Numbered from the whole stretch's first letter, positions 35,748 to 47,823 are shown. The stretch is DNA of 63,992 nucleotides, filler included, from Olpidium bornovanus S191 (GCA_017911155.1; 32 parts of 32 records of this genome joined end to end with filler, not necessarily neighbours in it), one strand, 5' to 3'. The notes: generated from the sequence alone by a model not told the origin. A program made the numbers and translations.

Positions 35748-36728
35748 CTATTCGCCGGGAAAAAAAAACCAGTGTAAGGAACGGCGTGTTGCGCCGCCGA
35801 GGAGGCAGGACAGCCAATCAAAATTTTGGAACCCACTCCTCCGTCCTGCCTGAAGAACATCGATGGCTTTTTCCTTATTTTTGATCTCCAACTCCTTGAG
35901 AGCTGCTGCTGACAGAGCTGTTGCTGACCCCGATTCAGCAAGTGCGCCGCTTTCTCCAGCCCCTGACGTCGAAACATTTCCGCGCCGGCTTTCCAGCTCC
36001 ATACGTATAATCATTATCTCGTCGTGAATCCTTTCCCGCCGTCTCATAGCGTTGTTCCTGTACGCGTCAATCAACCACCTCGAGTACTGCACGGCCGAGC
36101 ACACGCAAACGGTCGCGCAGGCGAGCAGCGCGGTGGCCTTGTAGCGTGCAAGAGCGCTCCGCCTCGACCGCTTGAAAAGTTTGAAAGGAAAGGCAATCGT
36201 CGGCATGCCGAAGGCTCCGGCGACCGCCGAGCGGGAGAAGGCTGCCCGCGGCTCCTGAACCGCTCTTCCGACGCCGCGGGGGAAGCCCTGCCAGGCGAGA
36301 CAGCGAGCCAAGCCGGAGCCCGCGCCGGCAGAAGCGCCCGCGGCCGCCCCCGCGGTCGGGCGCACCCGTCCGCGCGTCGGCAGCGGCAGGCCGGGCGGCC
36401 GCCCGAACGGCATTTTGGTCGGAGCACGGGGTGGCGCAGGGCTGTTTGTTGCGCGCGCGTCCGTTGCGCGCCCCGGGTTTCCAAGGGCGGAAACGTTTTT
36501 GTCCTGAAGGAAAATTCTTTGCGCCACCAACCCGCCGCCGGCGTCTTCTTCGGGCGCGGTCCAAAAGAATTTCCGGCCGCGGGAAAACGGAAATATGTAT
36601 GTGTCTGTATACTCCAGAAGGCGGAGCAACAACGGGACAGAGGAGCGGGCGAGGAGGGCGTCGTGCTGTACCTCGTCTCCATCTCCGCGGCCGTCCCACG
36701 CTCGCCTCGCTCTTCCCCACCCTTCCAC
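35748..36728 (-). CDS. Hypothetical membrane and coiled-coil protein, exon structure uncertain
   Basis: Long ORF with a hydrophobic segment (TALLACATVCVCSAVQY) followed by a helical RRERIHDEIMIIRMELE...LKELEIKNKEKAIDVLQ. Confidence 0.4.
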   Translation of the reverse strand: MEGWGRARRAWDGRGDGDEVQHDALLARSSVPLLLRLLEYTDTYIFPFSRGRKFFWTAPEEDAGGGLVAQRIFLQDKNVSALGNPGRATDARATNSPAPPRAPTKMPFGRPPGLPLPTRGRVRPTAGAAAGASAGAGSGLARCLAWQGFPRGVGRAVQEPRAAFSRSAVAGAFGMPTIAFPFKLFKRSRRSALARYKATALLACATVCVCSAVQYSRWLIDAYRNNAMRRRERIHDEIMIIRMELESRRGNVSTSGAGESGALAESGSATALSAAALKELEIKNKEKAIDVLQAGRRSGFQNFDWLSCLLGGATRRSLHWFFFPGE

Positions 36729-36769
36729 ACCCTTCCGCCTTGTTTGGGTCGGTAAAGAGCCCCGCGTAA

Positions 36770-37150
36770 CTTGCTGGCATCCGTGACAAATCCTTCCGGT
36801 TGTTTAATGAACAATCCTTCTTGGAGCTTTCCGTTCAAGTACGCAAGGATGACGTCTAGTTGCTGAATTATCCGAGAATCTTGGTTGCCGTGGTTACGAC
36901 GGTGCGAAACGGCATGGTAGATACCATTGGTTGAAACGTGTCGGAAGGGGAAGGACAGGGCGCTGGCTGTCTCTCTCTCTTTTGGGCGTGAGAAGTTTTT
37001 GTACTGAGAGAAGTAGTGGTTGTATTAAGTCGTTGCGGCGGGTCTTACAACTTATATGTAACTAAATAGTTGACTTTTCTGTCAGAACAATTGTAATCAA
37101 CACCCTTGGTTTGGGAGTACCCTTGCGCCCCAAAGCATGCACGATATTTT
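36770..37150 (-). mobile_element. Degenerate Ty1/copia reverse transcriptase fragment
   Basis: AQGYSQTKGVDY...DTFQPMV...QQLDVILAYLNGKLQEGLFIKQPEGFV, with stops, frameshifts and an insert of about 140 nt. Confidence 0.88.
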
Positions 37151-37637
37151 GAGATAGTTCCGTCAGGGCGCAGCTTTCGGAAGACTCACTTCCCTCATAG
37201 TGACCAGACGGTTCGTCGTTGCGCCAGTTCCCATGCTGGAGATCTGCTCAGGGTGTGAATGCATCACCTGCTTCCACGTTTCCGCTTCGTCACCAGGCAT
37301 GGTTTCCTGATACGTGTGCGGTTCCGAGGCCTGACTTGTCACTGCCGTGGAAAACGCGATCTAGGATGATTTTAAGAAGCGACTGGTCTTTCTCCTGTTG
37401 TCGGGAGAGGTGAATTCATGCGATTGCACTACTTGCAAATCAATCCTGAATTCCCTGTCCGTGACATTCTCCTAGGATGCTGATAATCTCGCACGCTGAA
37501 CCGTCAGGCATAGTTCTCCTCCTTAGACGTACTGATANNNNNNNNNNNNNNNNNNNNNNNNNNNNNNNNNNNNNNNNNNNNTTAATTAATTAANNNNNNN
37601 NNNNNNNNNNNNNNNNNNNNNNNNNNNNNNNNNNNNN

Positions 37638-39101
37638 CATGCCTAACGTCGGCAACTTTGCAAACCGAGGAATCTTCCACGACTGTTTGCGACGGCTGGT
37701 AAACGACTCCGCGCATTGCGTTCCCATCGTGGTGATTCTGAGCGACATTTTCGAAAAAAGGTCACTAGACGAGGAACCGGCAATCCGGCGACGGGGCAGC
37801 GGCCTTGGGCCGGCTGAGAGCGGAAGCGACCCCGTTGTGGATGTCAGGTTAGCAATTCCTGCCGACGTCCTGAACGGGCCCTTTTGCGAACGTATATCGT
37901 GCGTAAGACACGTTTTTTCACTTGTCGTCACATGCCGTCTATGCGTGCCTGTCTTTCGTTTCTTTTGTTGGCTCGATGACGGCTCAAATTTTGTGGGGGC
38001 TACAGGTTTAATCCGGTTGCCCCGACGTTCGTCAAGAAGGCTCTCGCGTCGATTTTTTCGAAGGAATTCGGCACCGGCGGGTGTGCTCGGATGCGACGCG
38101 CGCGCCCTTCCACCGACGAGATCTCTGCCATTGCAACAGTCTCCGGAGGTGATATCCGCGCGGCGGTCAATGCCCTGCAATTCTGGAGCGCCAAACCTGC
38201 AAAGAATTCCCCGCTGCAGAACAGAACGTGGCACGCAACGGAAAAAAAAAGCCGTGGAGACTTAGGCCCGAGGTACGATGCATCTCATGGTGCAGCCACT
38301 CGCGGATCTGTTGCTGAGGGAATGCTTTGAACGCAGAGCCTGCATCGTCGGCGACAGGCAACCGGTACTAGACGTCTTTCACGCGCTGGGGAAGATTCTG
38401 TACAATGAAAGTGAGGATTCGAGCGCTGGTGTACTTGCAGGCGCTGCTCGGTGTTCTCGGTTACCAAACTCGCGGCCGGTTTCTTTTTCGGCAGAGAACG
38501 TCTCGGACGAGTTCCCGGCCGGCTTTTCCGATCGAGAGAACGATTTTTCCGCGGACGCTTGCGAGGCTGGTCGTAACCGTAACGAGGTTGCTGGCAGAGC
38601 AACGAAGAGGAAATTGGCGTCACTTGTCCCGCAAAAAGGCGATAGACGGCCCCGGACGGCGGTCGGCCCAGAGGTCCGGGCCGTTTCTGAATTCTGCTAT
38701 ATATATATCGGGTGCTGTGAATCTCACCGTGATGACTGACGGCCCATTGTTCGTGCGCTTTCCATTCAGGCAGTTTTGGAAAACGTGTCAACAGAGCTAG
38801 ATACCTTCGTGCTATTTCTACACCAAAACTACCTGTGCTTCCTCAGCGAGATCGACGAGTGTTTGTCCTGTTCCGAGTGGCTGGCGTGCTCGGACACGTT
38901 GTGCGGGGAAGCCAGCTGGCACGTATGTACGGAAAATGTCTTCGTGCGTCATTTTTATCGCTATGCGTTGCATTTGTCTCTGCGCGACGGTTTCTCACAG
39001 CCGCTCGTGGCTATTCGCTCCCCACGCGTTTTTGTTACTTTGCAGAACCGCGAACGGATGCAGGTATACAGTGCGTTGGTTGCGACGCGAGGGTTGAGGC
39101 A
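37638..39101 (+). CDS. RAD17: Checkpoint clamp loader Rad17/Rad24, internal fragment
   Basis: PIVVILSD, LNPVAPTFVKKAL, SGGDIRAAVNALQF, LDVFHALGKILYN and FVLFLHQNY...LACSD. Confidence 0.9.
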
Positions 39102-39201
39102 NNNNNNNNNNNNNNNNNNNNNNNNNNNNNNNNNNNNNNNNNNNNTTAATTAATTAANNNNNNNNNNNNNNNNNNNNNNNNNNNNNNNNNNNNNNNNNNN
39201 N

Positions 39202-40172
39202 AGGAGCTGATCGTTAACGAGATCTTAGTGATGAAGGAGTCTGGGCATCCCAACATCGTGAATTACCTGGACTCATATCTTCTCCGGTCTTCGGAGCTCT
39301 GGGTAGTGATGGAGTACATGGAAGGCGGTGCGCTGACGGACGTTATCGACAATAACACGCTATCCGAGGAGCAGATCAGCGCGATAACCTTGGAGGTGCG
39401 TCGAACGGGCGAAGACGGTTCAAACGAGAGGGCAAAATGCCGGAACGGTTTCGGCGCGCGTTTGTTCGCGACGGCGGAGTTTTCACACGCTCCCTGCGGG
39501 ATTCAGGCATGCAGGGGCCTTGCCCACCTGCACTCGCAGAACATCATCCACCGCGACATCAAGTCCGACAACGTTCTGCTCGACACTTCGGGCAGGGTAA
39601 AACTGACCGACTTTGGGTTCTGCGCCAAACTGACGGACCGCAACAACAAGCGCGCGACGATGGTCGGCACGCCGTACTGGATGGCGCCCGAGGTCGTCAA
39701 GCAAAAGGAGTACGGCGCCAAGGTGGACGTGTGGTCGCTGGGCATCATGGCCATCGAAATGGTCGAGAACGAGCCCCCGTATCTCGACGAGGAACCCCTC
39801 AAGGCGCTGTTCCTGATCGCGACGAACGGCACCCCAACGCTCAAGAGGCCCGAGACGCTCAGCAGGGATCTCAAAAGTTTTCTGGCCGTATGCCTGTGCG
39901 TCGATGTCAGGAGCAGGGCGAGCGCGGCCGAGCTGCTGGATGTGGGTTCCTTGGGAGAAAAATTGCGACCGCGTGGGTCGGATGTACCGGCTGTGCTTTA
40001 CTCCGGAAGCTGTGATCGTTTCTAAAACCACCGCTTCCTTTCTGCGGGGGAAAACTCTTCCCCCTCTCCCCTCCGCCCCACCCCACACACACACACACAG
40101 CACGAGTTCCTGAAACGCGCCTGCCCGAGGGAGAATCTCGCACCGCTGCTGCGGTTCAAAGCGGGAAAGTGA
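39202..40172 (+). CDS. CLA4: PAK kinase Cla4, C-terminal kinase domain, 5' partial
   Basis: [46 protein letters not shown]...[34 protein letters not shown] and [14 protein letters not shown]; last exon HEFLKRAC...PLLRFKAGK*. Confidence 0.93.
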
Positions 40173-41098
40173 CGTCAAGTTACTTTGTTGGCAGGGCCAC
40201 CTACGACAGGGAGATGCGAGCCCCCAGCTTTGGGCTTTTGGTTAATCTTTTTTCTGCTCCTTTTCCGATCCCACTACATGCAGCAGCTCCCCGCGGACGG
40301 CATCCCGGCGCGTGGGCCCTATCTCGAAAGAAGTTGCCTCGCTTCGTTCCACGGCCCAAACGCGCATCCCTCGCTTTCGGCCTTTATTTTTTTAATTCTC
40401 GCCAGTCGCGACCAATCCCGCACTGACCCCGAAACGATCGTCCTGCCCGTGGCTCGAGAACACCGCATCCAATTTCCATTTCCTTTTTTATTTTCCCCTC
40501 CTTTCGAGCTTCCGCTTCTCCATTTTTTCCTTCTTTTTCATTCGGCGCTTTACTCCCCGCATTTGCATGNNNNNNNNNNNNNNNNNNNNNNNNNNNNNNN
40601 NNNNNNNNNNNNNTTAATTAATTAANNNNNNNNNNNNNNNNNNNNNNNNNNNNNNNNNNNNNNNNNNNNCATGGCGTGCCCAGTGAGGAGGGATGTCGGA
40701 AAGGCGGAGGCTGAGCCCTGCGCGCACCCTGTTTACCCTGAAACTCGCCCCTGAAACCCTGTTCATAAAGTAGCGTAGAATGGCGGAATAGAGCGGCTCC
40801 CCGAAAGCTCTTTGAAACCCCGGAAAAAACTCGCCTCGAATCCTACGGCCCCCCCCCCGCGCATCCCCCCTCCCCCCATCCCCGCACCCCCCCCACCTTG
40901 GGCGACAGGAGACGGCGCCGGCGGAGACGGCACCGGCGGAGACGGGAAGAGACAGAGAGAGGGAGAGAGGGCGAGAGGAACGCGAGGGCCGACGCCGTAA
41001 CTTCTGCTTGCGAACTGGACGGAGCCGCCGAAAGACGCTCTTTCCCACATACCACCCTCCCCTCCGACCGCAGCAGCAACCGCGATCCCTGACCCGTC

Positions 41099-42351
41099 AT
41101 GCAGGTCGAGAACGCGGAGACTCCGACACCCGAAGTCCTCGGCGTCGCCAAGTTCCTGAGGGGTCACCTCAAGGCCAGAGGCGGCGTTCTCCACGGCCGC
41201 AGGGTCGACTTCTTCAAAGGTAGCGGACAGGCCATCGGACCACAGGGCCTGCCCCTTCCCTCCCTTCCCCCTCCCCACCGCGCCCCTGCCCGAAGCAGGC
41301 CGGCGTACCTCCACGTGCGCACCCGGCAGCGGAGGCACGAACGCCCGTTAAAATCAGGTCACGGGCTGGAGCTTGCGAATCCACGGAACTCGGGCCTAGA
41401 ACGCCGGGATTGCTTTAGCTTCTTCTTCGAACGGGGGCGGCGCAAGAAGGCCTACAGAAGGCGTCGTGCTTCCGCGGACTGTCGGGAGGACCCTCTGATC
41501 TTTTGCTCCGGCGAGGCGAATCCGAAGGCCTGCGGTCGCGCGCGACCGCGCGCAGCACGGCACACGCAGGAAATGTGCAGTGTTGCCGGCACGGCTCGAA
41601 CGGCGAGGCAAAAGCGAAGCGCGTTCGTTGTCGGTTGCGTCTGACGTCGGTTGTGTCGCGCGCATCCTGCGGCCATCGTTATTTTGCGTCCCTAGGCAAG
41701 TCGGCAAAAAAAGCCCTTCTTTCGGATAAGTACAAGCACGCGTCGCGCCCACCAGTAGAGTCTGCCGCAGACGCCGAGAAGTTGCTGCTCAAGTGCATTT
41801 ACTACGGCATGTTTTTGGGCTGCGAGAAAGACGACAGGACGCTTAATGTACTCAAGACCCAGGCCTGGTCGGACGACACATACTACGTCTGGCTTTACCA
41901 GGGTAGCCAGGCCAAGCAGGTGCTGGCCGGGATCGCCCTTGTATTGGTGGTGATGGCCGGGGTCATGTTCCCGCTCTGGCCTCCCGTCATGCGGAACGGA
42001 GTTTGGTACCTCTCCGTCGGCGTGCTGTGCCTGCTCGGCCTCTTCTTCTTGCTGGCCATCTTCCGCCTCTTTTTCTACGTCATCACCCTCGTCCTCGCCA
42101 GGCCAGGCATCTGGATTTTTCCCAACCTGTTTGAGGACGTCGGTATCATCGAGAGCTTCATCCCGCTCTGGGCTTGGGACGTGCCTCCTCCCACCAAGAA
42201 GAAGGCTGCGGCCTCGTCCTCCGCAACGACGGCCAGCGGCGGGGGGGCCGGCGGCGCACGAAAGGAGGGAACGGTGGAAATCGAGGACGAGGCTGCCGGC
42301 GATTGGGACGAAGCGGGAGGGAAGGACATTGAGGATAAGAAAACGGATTGA
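41099..42351 (+). CDS. SEC62: Translocation protein Sec62
   Basis: VAKFLR...RRVDFFKG-KSAKKALL, YYVWLYQGSQ, VMAGVMFPLWP...GVWYLSVG and GIWIFPNLFEDVGIIESFIPLWAW. Confidence 0.96.
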
Positions 42352-43062
42352 ATTTTCGTGCACCGGATAGGCCGGGGCACAAGACTCGCGACGGAACGGA
42401 AAAAAAAAACCAAGAAAAAAGGAAACAAATGATCGGCGGCACGTTTGATGGAGGCTGCAGGGCGAAAACGAAAAAAGGACGTCGCCGCAAACATGCNNNN
42501 NNNNNNNNNNNNNNNNNNNNNNNNNNNNNNNNNNNNNNNNTTAATTAATTAANNNNNNNNNNNNNNNNNNNNNNNNNNNNNNNNNNNNNNNNNNNNCCAT
42601 AGTTTTTGGGAATAGAAATGAAATAAAAAACCCGAGATTTTTATAAAAAGGCATGCCGATGCATGCCGATGCGTCTTCAATATCACAGGCTCTTCCTCAA
42701 GCACCCACCCCCCCCCCCCCCCCCCCCAGCCCCCCCCCCCCCCCACACACCCCCGCTCCCAGAGGCCGGTATCTCTTTACGTGCCGAACCCGCTCGGCGG
42801 GTACCGCAGGGGATTTCGGTTATGCAAAACGCCGGGTCGCGCCTGACCGTCGCCCGATAATGCCGATGACGGGAAAAAAAAAAAAAAAAAAAAAAAAAAG
42901 AAGGAGAGATAGGGTCTGTGATGTGCAAACACGGCGTGTCCGAGAAAAAAAAAAAAATTAAGTGTCGGGGAGGACGGGGGAAACCTGACAAGCATGTCAA
43001 AAAATGTAGGCGATTATCTGATGGCCGGGAAACCGGCCCCCTCCTCCCTTCCTCCGGCGTGC

Positions 43063-43640
43063 TCAGCAGTCTCCGGACGACGGCCGCGCTTCCTGGTCGG
43101 CGTTCAGCACCAGAGGAGGCATGGAACTGGGCAGCTCGCGGATCTGCGTGTCCAAGCTCGCCAGCTCCTTCCTGGCCTCCTCCAGACCCGCGCCCTGCTG
43201 GGCGTCCGGCTCGGCGGAGGCGGTGTTGACCACGAGTTGGGGCAGCGAGCTCGGGAGCTCCCGCACGTGGGTGTCGAAATCCGCCAGCTCGCGCTTGATC
43301 TCCTCCAAGTCCCACACCGGGGCCGGCGTCGAAGCCGCCTGGCCGGCCGCGCCGGACCGCGGGTCCTTCTCGCCCTCCGCGGGCGGCGGCCCGTCCTTCG
43401 CTCCCGCGGCGTCGTGTTCCTTCTCGGCCTCCAGGATCTCCTTCTCCTGTTCGTTCTCCTCCTCGAAGGTCTCCGACGTGATAATGACGCCGCAGAGCCG
43501 GAGGAGCCTGGGCATCGACGCGCGGTACTGCATGTGCCCGTTCACCAGGTGACTGACGTCCTCGGACACGATGCCCGGCAGGTCGGGCGCCGGGTGCAGG
43601 CCCGCGACGTTCCGGAGGCCGCCGGTCGTCGCCCTGAAGA
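43063..43640 (-). CDS. Hypothetical acidic protein C-terminus with a duplicated 28-aa motif, 5' partial
   Basis: Codon-biased exon ending in a stop at 43063; LEEIKRELADFDTHVRELPSSLPQLVVN and LEEARKELASLDTQIRELPSSMPPLVLN. Confidence 0.65.
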
Positions 43641-43869
43641 GAAACCCTGGAAAATTTTATTTTCGTTTTAATTTTATTATTATTATTTTTTTTGGGGGGG
43701 GGGGGGAGGGNNNNNNNNNNNNNNNNNNNNNNNNNNNNNNNNNNNNNNNNNNNNTTAATTAATTAANNNNNNNNNNNNNNNNNNNNNNNNNNNNNNNNNN
43801 NNNNNNNNNNCATGCGCATACGTCTGCATCGGGCATTTCTGCAATGCCACTGTGTCACCTCTCCCTCAC

Positions 43870-44808
43870 ATTCTTCGCCACTGGTGTTCACTTGTATAAA
43901 GACGTTCATCGTCCTTTGGTTCGCGTCACAGGCGTTGTTGAGCGCATCAGCCTTTTTTGTCCCGTCGACGGTTTCCACGACAAAAAGATTCGGAATGGCT
44001 TATGGGCAAGTAGCGTAAATTCGAAACGGTTGTGAAATTGTCTCGAAAGCGTTCCTGCACAATCGCGGGGAAGGGGAACGAGGCAGTTGCAGAAATCACT
44101 AACCTGCAAGGAGCTTGGACTTGTTTGTCTGCAGCGCGCCGATGTAGTGCCACTGGATGTCGCCGGGTAGCTGCGGAGAAGCCGGAGAAACAACGAAGTT
44201 GTAACATCTTTGCTGCTTTCCAGTCACTAAAATGCTCCTCCATCGACTCGAACGCAACGTCCGCAAGTAATTCCCACAAACCGTGACCTAACGATCGGAT
44301 TTTAACGATTCTGTAGCCACCAAAACTGAAGTTGCCTGCCAGCTCACCAGTTTGCTCTTCTCCACGAGTTCGTTAACCTCCAATTTCAAGGCAGGGACGT
44401 TCGACGGTTAGTCACCGCTTAATACTACCACACAGTACTCTGAATCGGAAGCGCCGCAGCGGAGCACTCCTTCTCACCCACGTAATTCTCTCCAAAGTGA
44501 CGCTGGCCGCAATTGTACGCGGCCATGATGTCGGAGGCAGGCTTCGTCTTGCTTACAGCGACGAGACGGGCCTGCCACAAGACGCGCGGATGTCAAACGT
44601 CAAAAACGACAAGAAGAAGAAGAAAAAAAAAAGGATACTCGTGTTCCGGTTCGGCCCGGCGAGCAGTCGTACTCCTTACCGGCTTCCGTGACGCTCTCCC
44701 CGCGAGGACGGTTTCGATGCGCCGCTTCACGTCCTCCAGTGCGACGCGTAACTGCGCCTCGCGTTCCGCGGTTGGCTGCAACCCACTGCCCTCGACAGCG
44801 GTCGACAT
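43870..44808 (-). CDS. PLPBP: Pyridoxal phosphate homeostasis protein (PROSC/YggS family), 3' partial
   Basis: [41 protein letters not shown] and [13 protein letters not shown]...[12 protein letters not shown] over several short exons. Confidence 0.95.
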
Positions 44809-45255
44809 TCCTCGCGTGAGTTCGCACCGGCGAGCGGCGCTGAATGGCGGACGCGGCGGCGGCGGCGGCAGCGTGCGGTTGAAGGAAGAAGGTACCGCGG
44901 AGGCCCGGAACGCGCCGGTGAGGCTGGAGGCTGCCGGCTCGCGCGGCGGACGAGACCAGGCGACGACAGACGGCGGCGAGCAGCAGCAGCAGCAGCGCGG
45001 GCAGCGGCGGCGGGTCCTGCGGGCGGCGGGGCAAAGGACGGCGGCGGCGCGGCGGCGGAGCAGCGCGGGGCAGGCCGCGAGGGGCGGCGGAAGGGCCGGG
45101 CGTGCGGAACATTCCTCCGGCCCCTCACTCTCTTCTTCCCCCCTTTTCTCCGTCTCCTCCTTACTTTTTCCCCTCCCCCCCGCCCGGGCTCGCCCTCGCC
45201 CTCGGCGGCGATTTAATGCCCGCTGCGCGCGGGGGGGGGGGGGGGGGGGGGGGGG

Positions 45256-45308
<53 letters not shown>

Positions 45309-45426
45309 NNNNNNNNNNNNNNNNNNNNNNNNNNNNNNNNNNNNNNNNNNNNTTAATTAATTAANNNNNNNNNNNNNNNNNNNNNNNNNNNNNNNNNNNN
45401 NNNNNNNNAAAAAAAAAAAAAGAGGG

Positions 45427-45484
<58 letters not shown>

Positions 45485-45501
45485 CGGGCAGTCTCACTGA
45501 C

Positions 45502-46442
45502 CTCGTTGGAGCCGCCGGAGTCGGACGCTCCGCGCCGGGGAAACGCGGACTCGAGCTCGCTGTAGACCGTCACCTCGTCGAAGGCGGCGCCCTCGGTCGA
45601 GAAGCTGGAGAGCAGGAGCGCGTCTTCGGACGGGTAGATCCGGGTGGACAGCACGAAGCGGTCGTTCGCGTAGACCTCGAGGACGGAGTTGTCGACGAAG
45701 ATCCGGAGGTGGAAGGCCTCCCGGGCGACACGCTGCTCGGATTCGCAGGCGACCTGGAAAAGTTCGAACATGCCGGAATCTTTAGCTTTGCTGGCCGTCA
45801 TTTCCTTCGTGCTCCTGCTGCGGTCGATGACGATGCGGCCGCGGTTCTGGTCAAAGTACACCCGGGTCTGCTCGGACATGTCGGCGTTGTGGCGGACGAT
45901 AAAACCGACGAGGCCGTCCTCTAGGAGATCCTTGGCGGTGGCGACGATCTCGTAGAACTTGCCGCTGACCGGGAGCGTCTCAACGACCTCTCTGCGATCT
46001 TTGCTCCTCGCGGGCTGGTAGCTGTAGATTTTCGACCCGCGCAGGCTCTCTACTTCTCGAATGGGACGGACTCCGAGGGTCTTGACGATCTTTGTCTTCA
46101 CCCCGCCGATCCGCGGGCCGTCCGAAACCATGAAGGGCCCGAACGAAGCCAAGCGGTCTCCGGGGTCAATCACGTTCTTGTAAGTGGCCACGAAATGCTC
46201 GCGAGGTAAGCTGAGCGCGCCGGCCCAATCGGAACGAGTGCAGTCAATGTCCTCTTTCAGCCAATAGTACGCAACGAGCCGCTCGTTCTTGGGATCCCAA
46301 AACGAGTTTCCGCCGTAGGAAACGCCGGCGTCGGCGATACCACGGGCAGTCTGGCTGAGAGCTACACGCCCGGCGCCGTTCTTGACGAGATTGCCGGAAA
46401 CCCAAACGTTCCACTGATTGTCGCGTGGTGAGCGGCGGCCGC
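45502..46442 (-). CDS. Glycoside hydrolase family 32 (beta-fructofuranosidase/invertase), C-terminal half
   Basis: SYGGNSFWDPKNERLVAYYWLKED...WAGALSLPRE, LGVRPIREVESLR, IVIDRSRST and LRIFVDNSVLEVYANDRFVLSTRIYP; a 941-nt exon bounded by AG and GT. Confidence 0.92.
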
Positions 46443-46687
46443 CTGGCGAGATAAAGGGAAAAACATGNNNNNNNNNNNNNNNNNNNNNNNNNNNNNNNNN
46501 NNNNNNNNNNNTTAATTAATTAANNNNNNNNNNNNNNNNNNNNNNNNNNNNNNNNNNNNNNNNNNNNAACCGCCCCCCCCTCCCCCCCTCCCCCCCCCCC
46601 CCCCCCCCCCTGTGCCCCCCCCCCCCCCCCGCCCCCCCCCCCCCCCTTCTCCCCCCGCCTTCGCGCGCGCTTTCACTGTTCCCGCAG

Positions 46688-47652
46688 CGCTCCCGGCGGG
46701 CATAGCCGCGCCGGTGACCTTCAACGTCGCAGGGTTTCCCCCGGAAGGGCAGTCGCTGGCCGTCCTTGTCGGCAATGCGCCGACCAAGCTGGCCCTGGGA
46801 CAGGACGGCGTCCTCTGGTCGGGGACCGCCGAAGCGCAAGATAACCAGAAATACAAGTATGTTCTGGTCGACGCCGCCGGGACCGCTGTCGCCACCGAGC
46901 CGTTCGACCGGACCGTGCCGCAAGGGACGGGCAAAACGCTAAACGATTTTTGGATGAGGTGGGCGGCGTCACCCCTTTTAATTTTTTTTTATCGTTCGGA
47001 TTTCCCTTCCACGGCCCACTGACCTTCGTGCCGGTAATATGGCCTCTACTGGGATCATCCTCGCTTAGGCCGATGACCACAAAAGAACACCCTCGACTTA
47101 CCCAAGTTTGGCCCGCCTGGCCGCGCGGGTACAGTCGCCTGTTCGACGAGACTTACATCCCGACTATCCACATAACTGGTGACGACGCGGCGATCCTCCA
47201 AATTCTGTACTCCAAAACCGGTCAAGCCCAGGTGGACGTTGTATGGGTCGGGTCAGTGCGCGAAACGGGCAGAAGCGCGCAAAATGTTCCGGGCGCGTGC
47301 CCCGCAAAGTGTAACCGACTCGAGCTTTTTCCTTGGCGGCCGGGGACAAACAGCAAATCGGAGACGGCGGCGATGAAGAACCTCACATTGAAGGCCGGCG
47401 GGCAGTCTTCCAAGGATTACGACAAGACGCAGATCAACCTCAAGCACCCGCCGGGCTCCAGCTTCGAGGGCCGCGCCGAGTTCAAGCTTCGCGCGGGGCG
47501 GACGGACCCTAGCTTCCTCCACGAGAGGCTTTACACCGACATCCTCAACGCCATCGGCGTCCCCGTGGCGCAGGGCTGCCACGCCCGGGTGTACATCAAC
47601 AGGAAGTTCCGCGGGCTCTACTTTTTCAAGGACGACGTCGGCGCGGGGTGGG
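46688..47652 (+). CDS. cotH: CotH-family spore-coat/invasin-like protein, N-terminal part
   Basis: N-terminal beta domain (YKYVLV...EPFDR...TLNDFWMR), SRLFDETYIPTIHITG, GGQSSKDYDK, KLRAGRTDPSFLHERLYTDILNAIGVP and RVYINRKFRGLYFFKDD; two GT-AG introns. Confidence 0.88.
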
Positions 47653-47823
47653 GTGAGTCCGGGACGTCCCGAGGGAAAGTTTTTTTTTTCCTGCGCCGGC
47701 CAGGGGTAAATCCCGTCCCGAAANNNNNNNNNNNNNNNNNNNNNNNNNNNNNNNNNNNNNNNNNNNNTTAATTAATTAANNNNNNNNNNNNNNNNNNNNN
47801 NNNNNNNNNNNNNNNNNNNNNNN

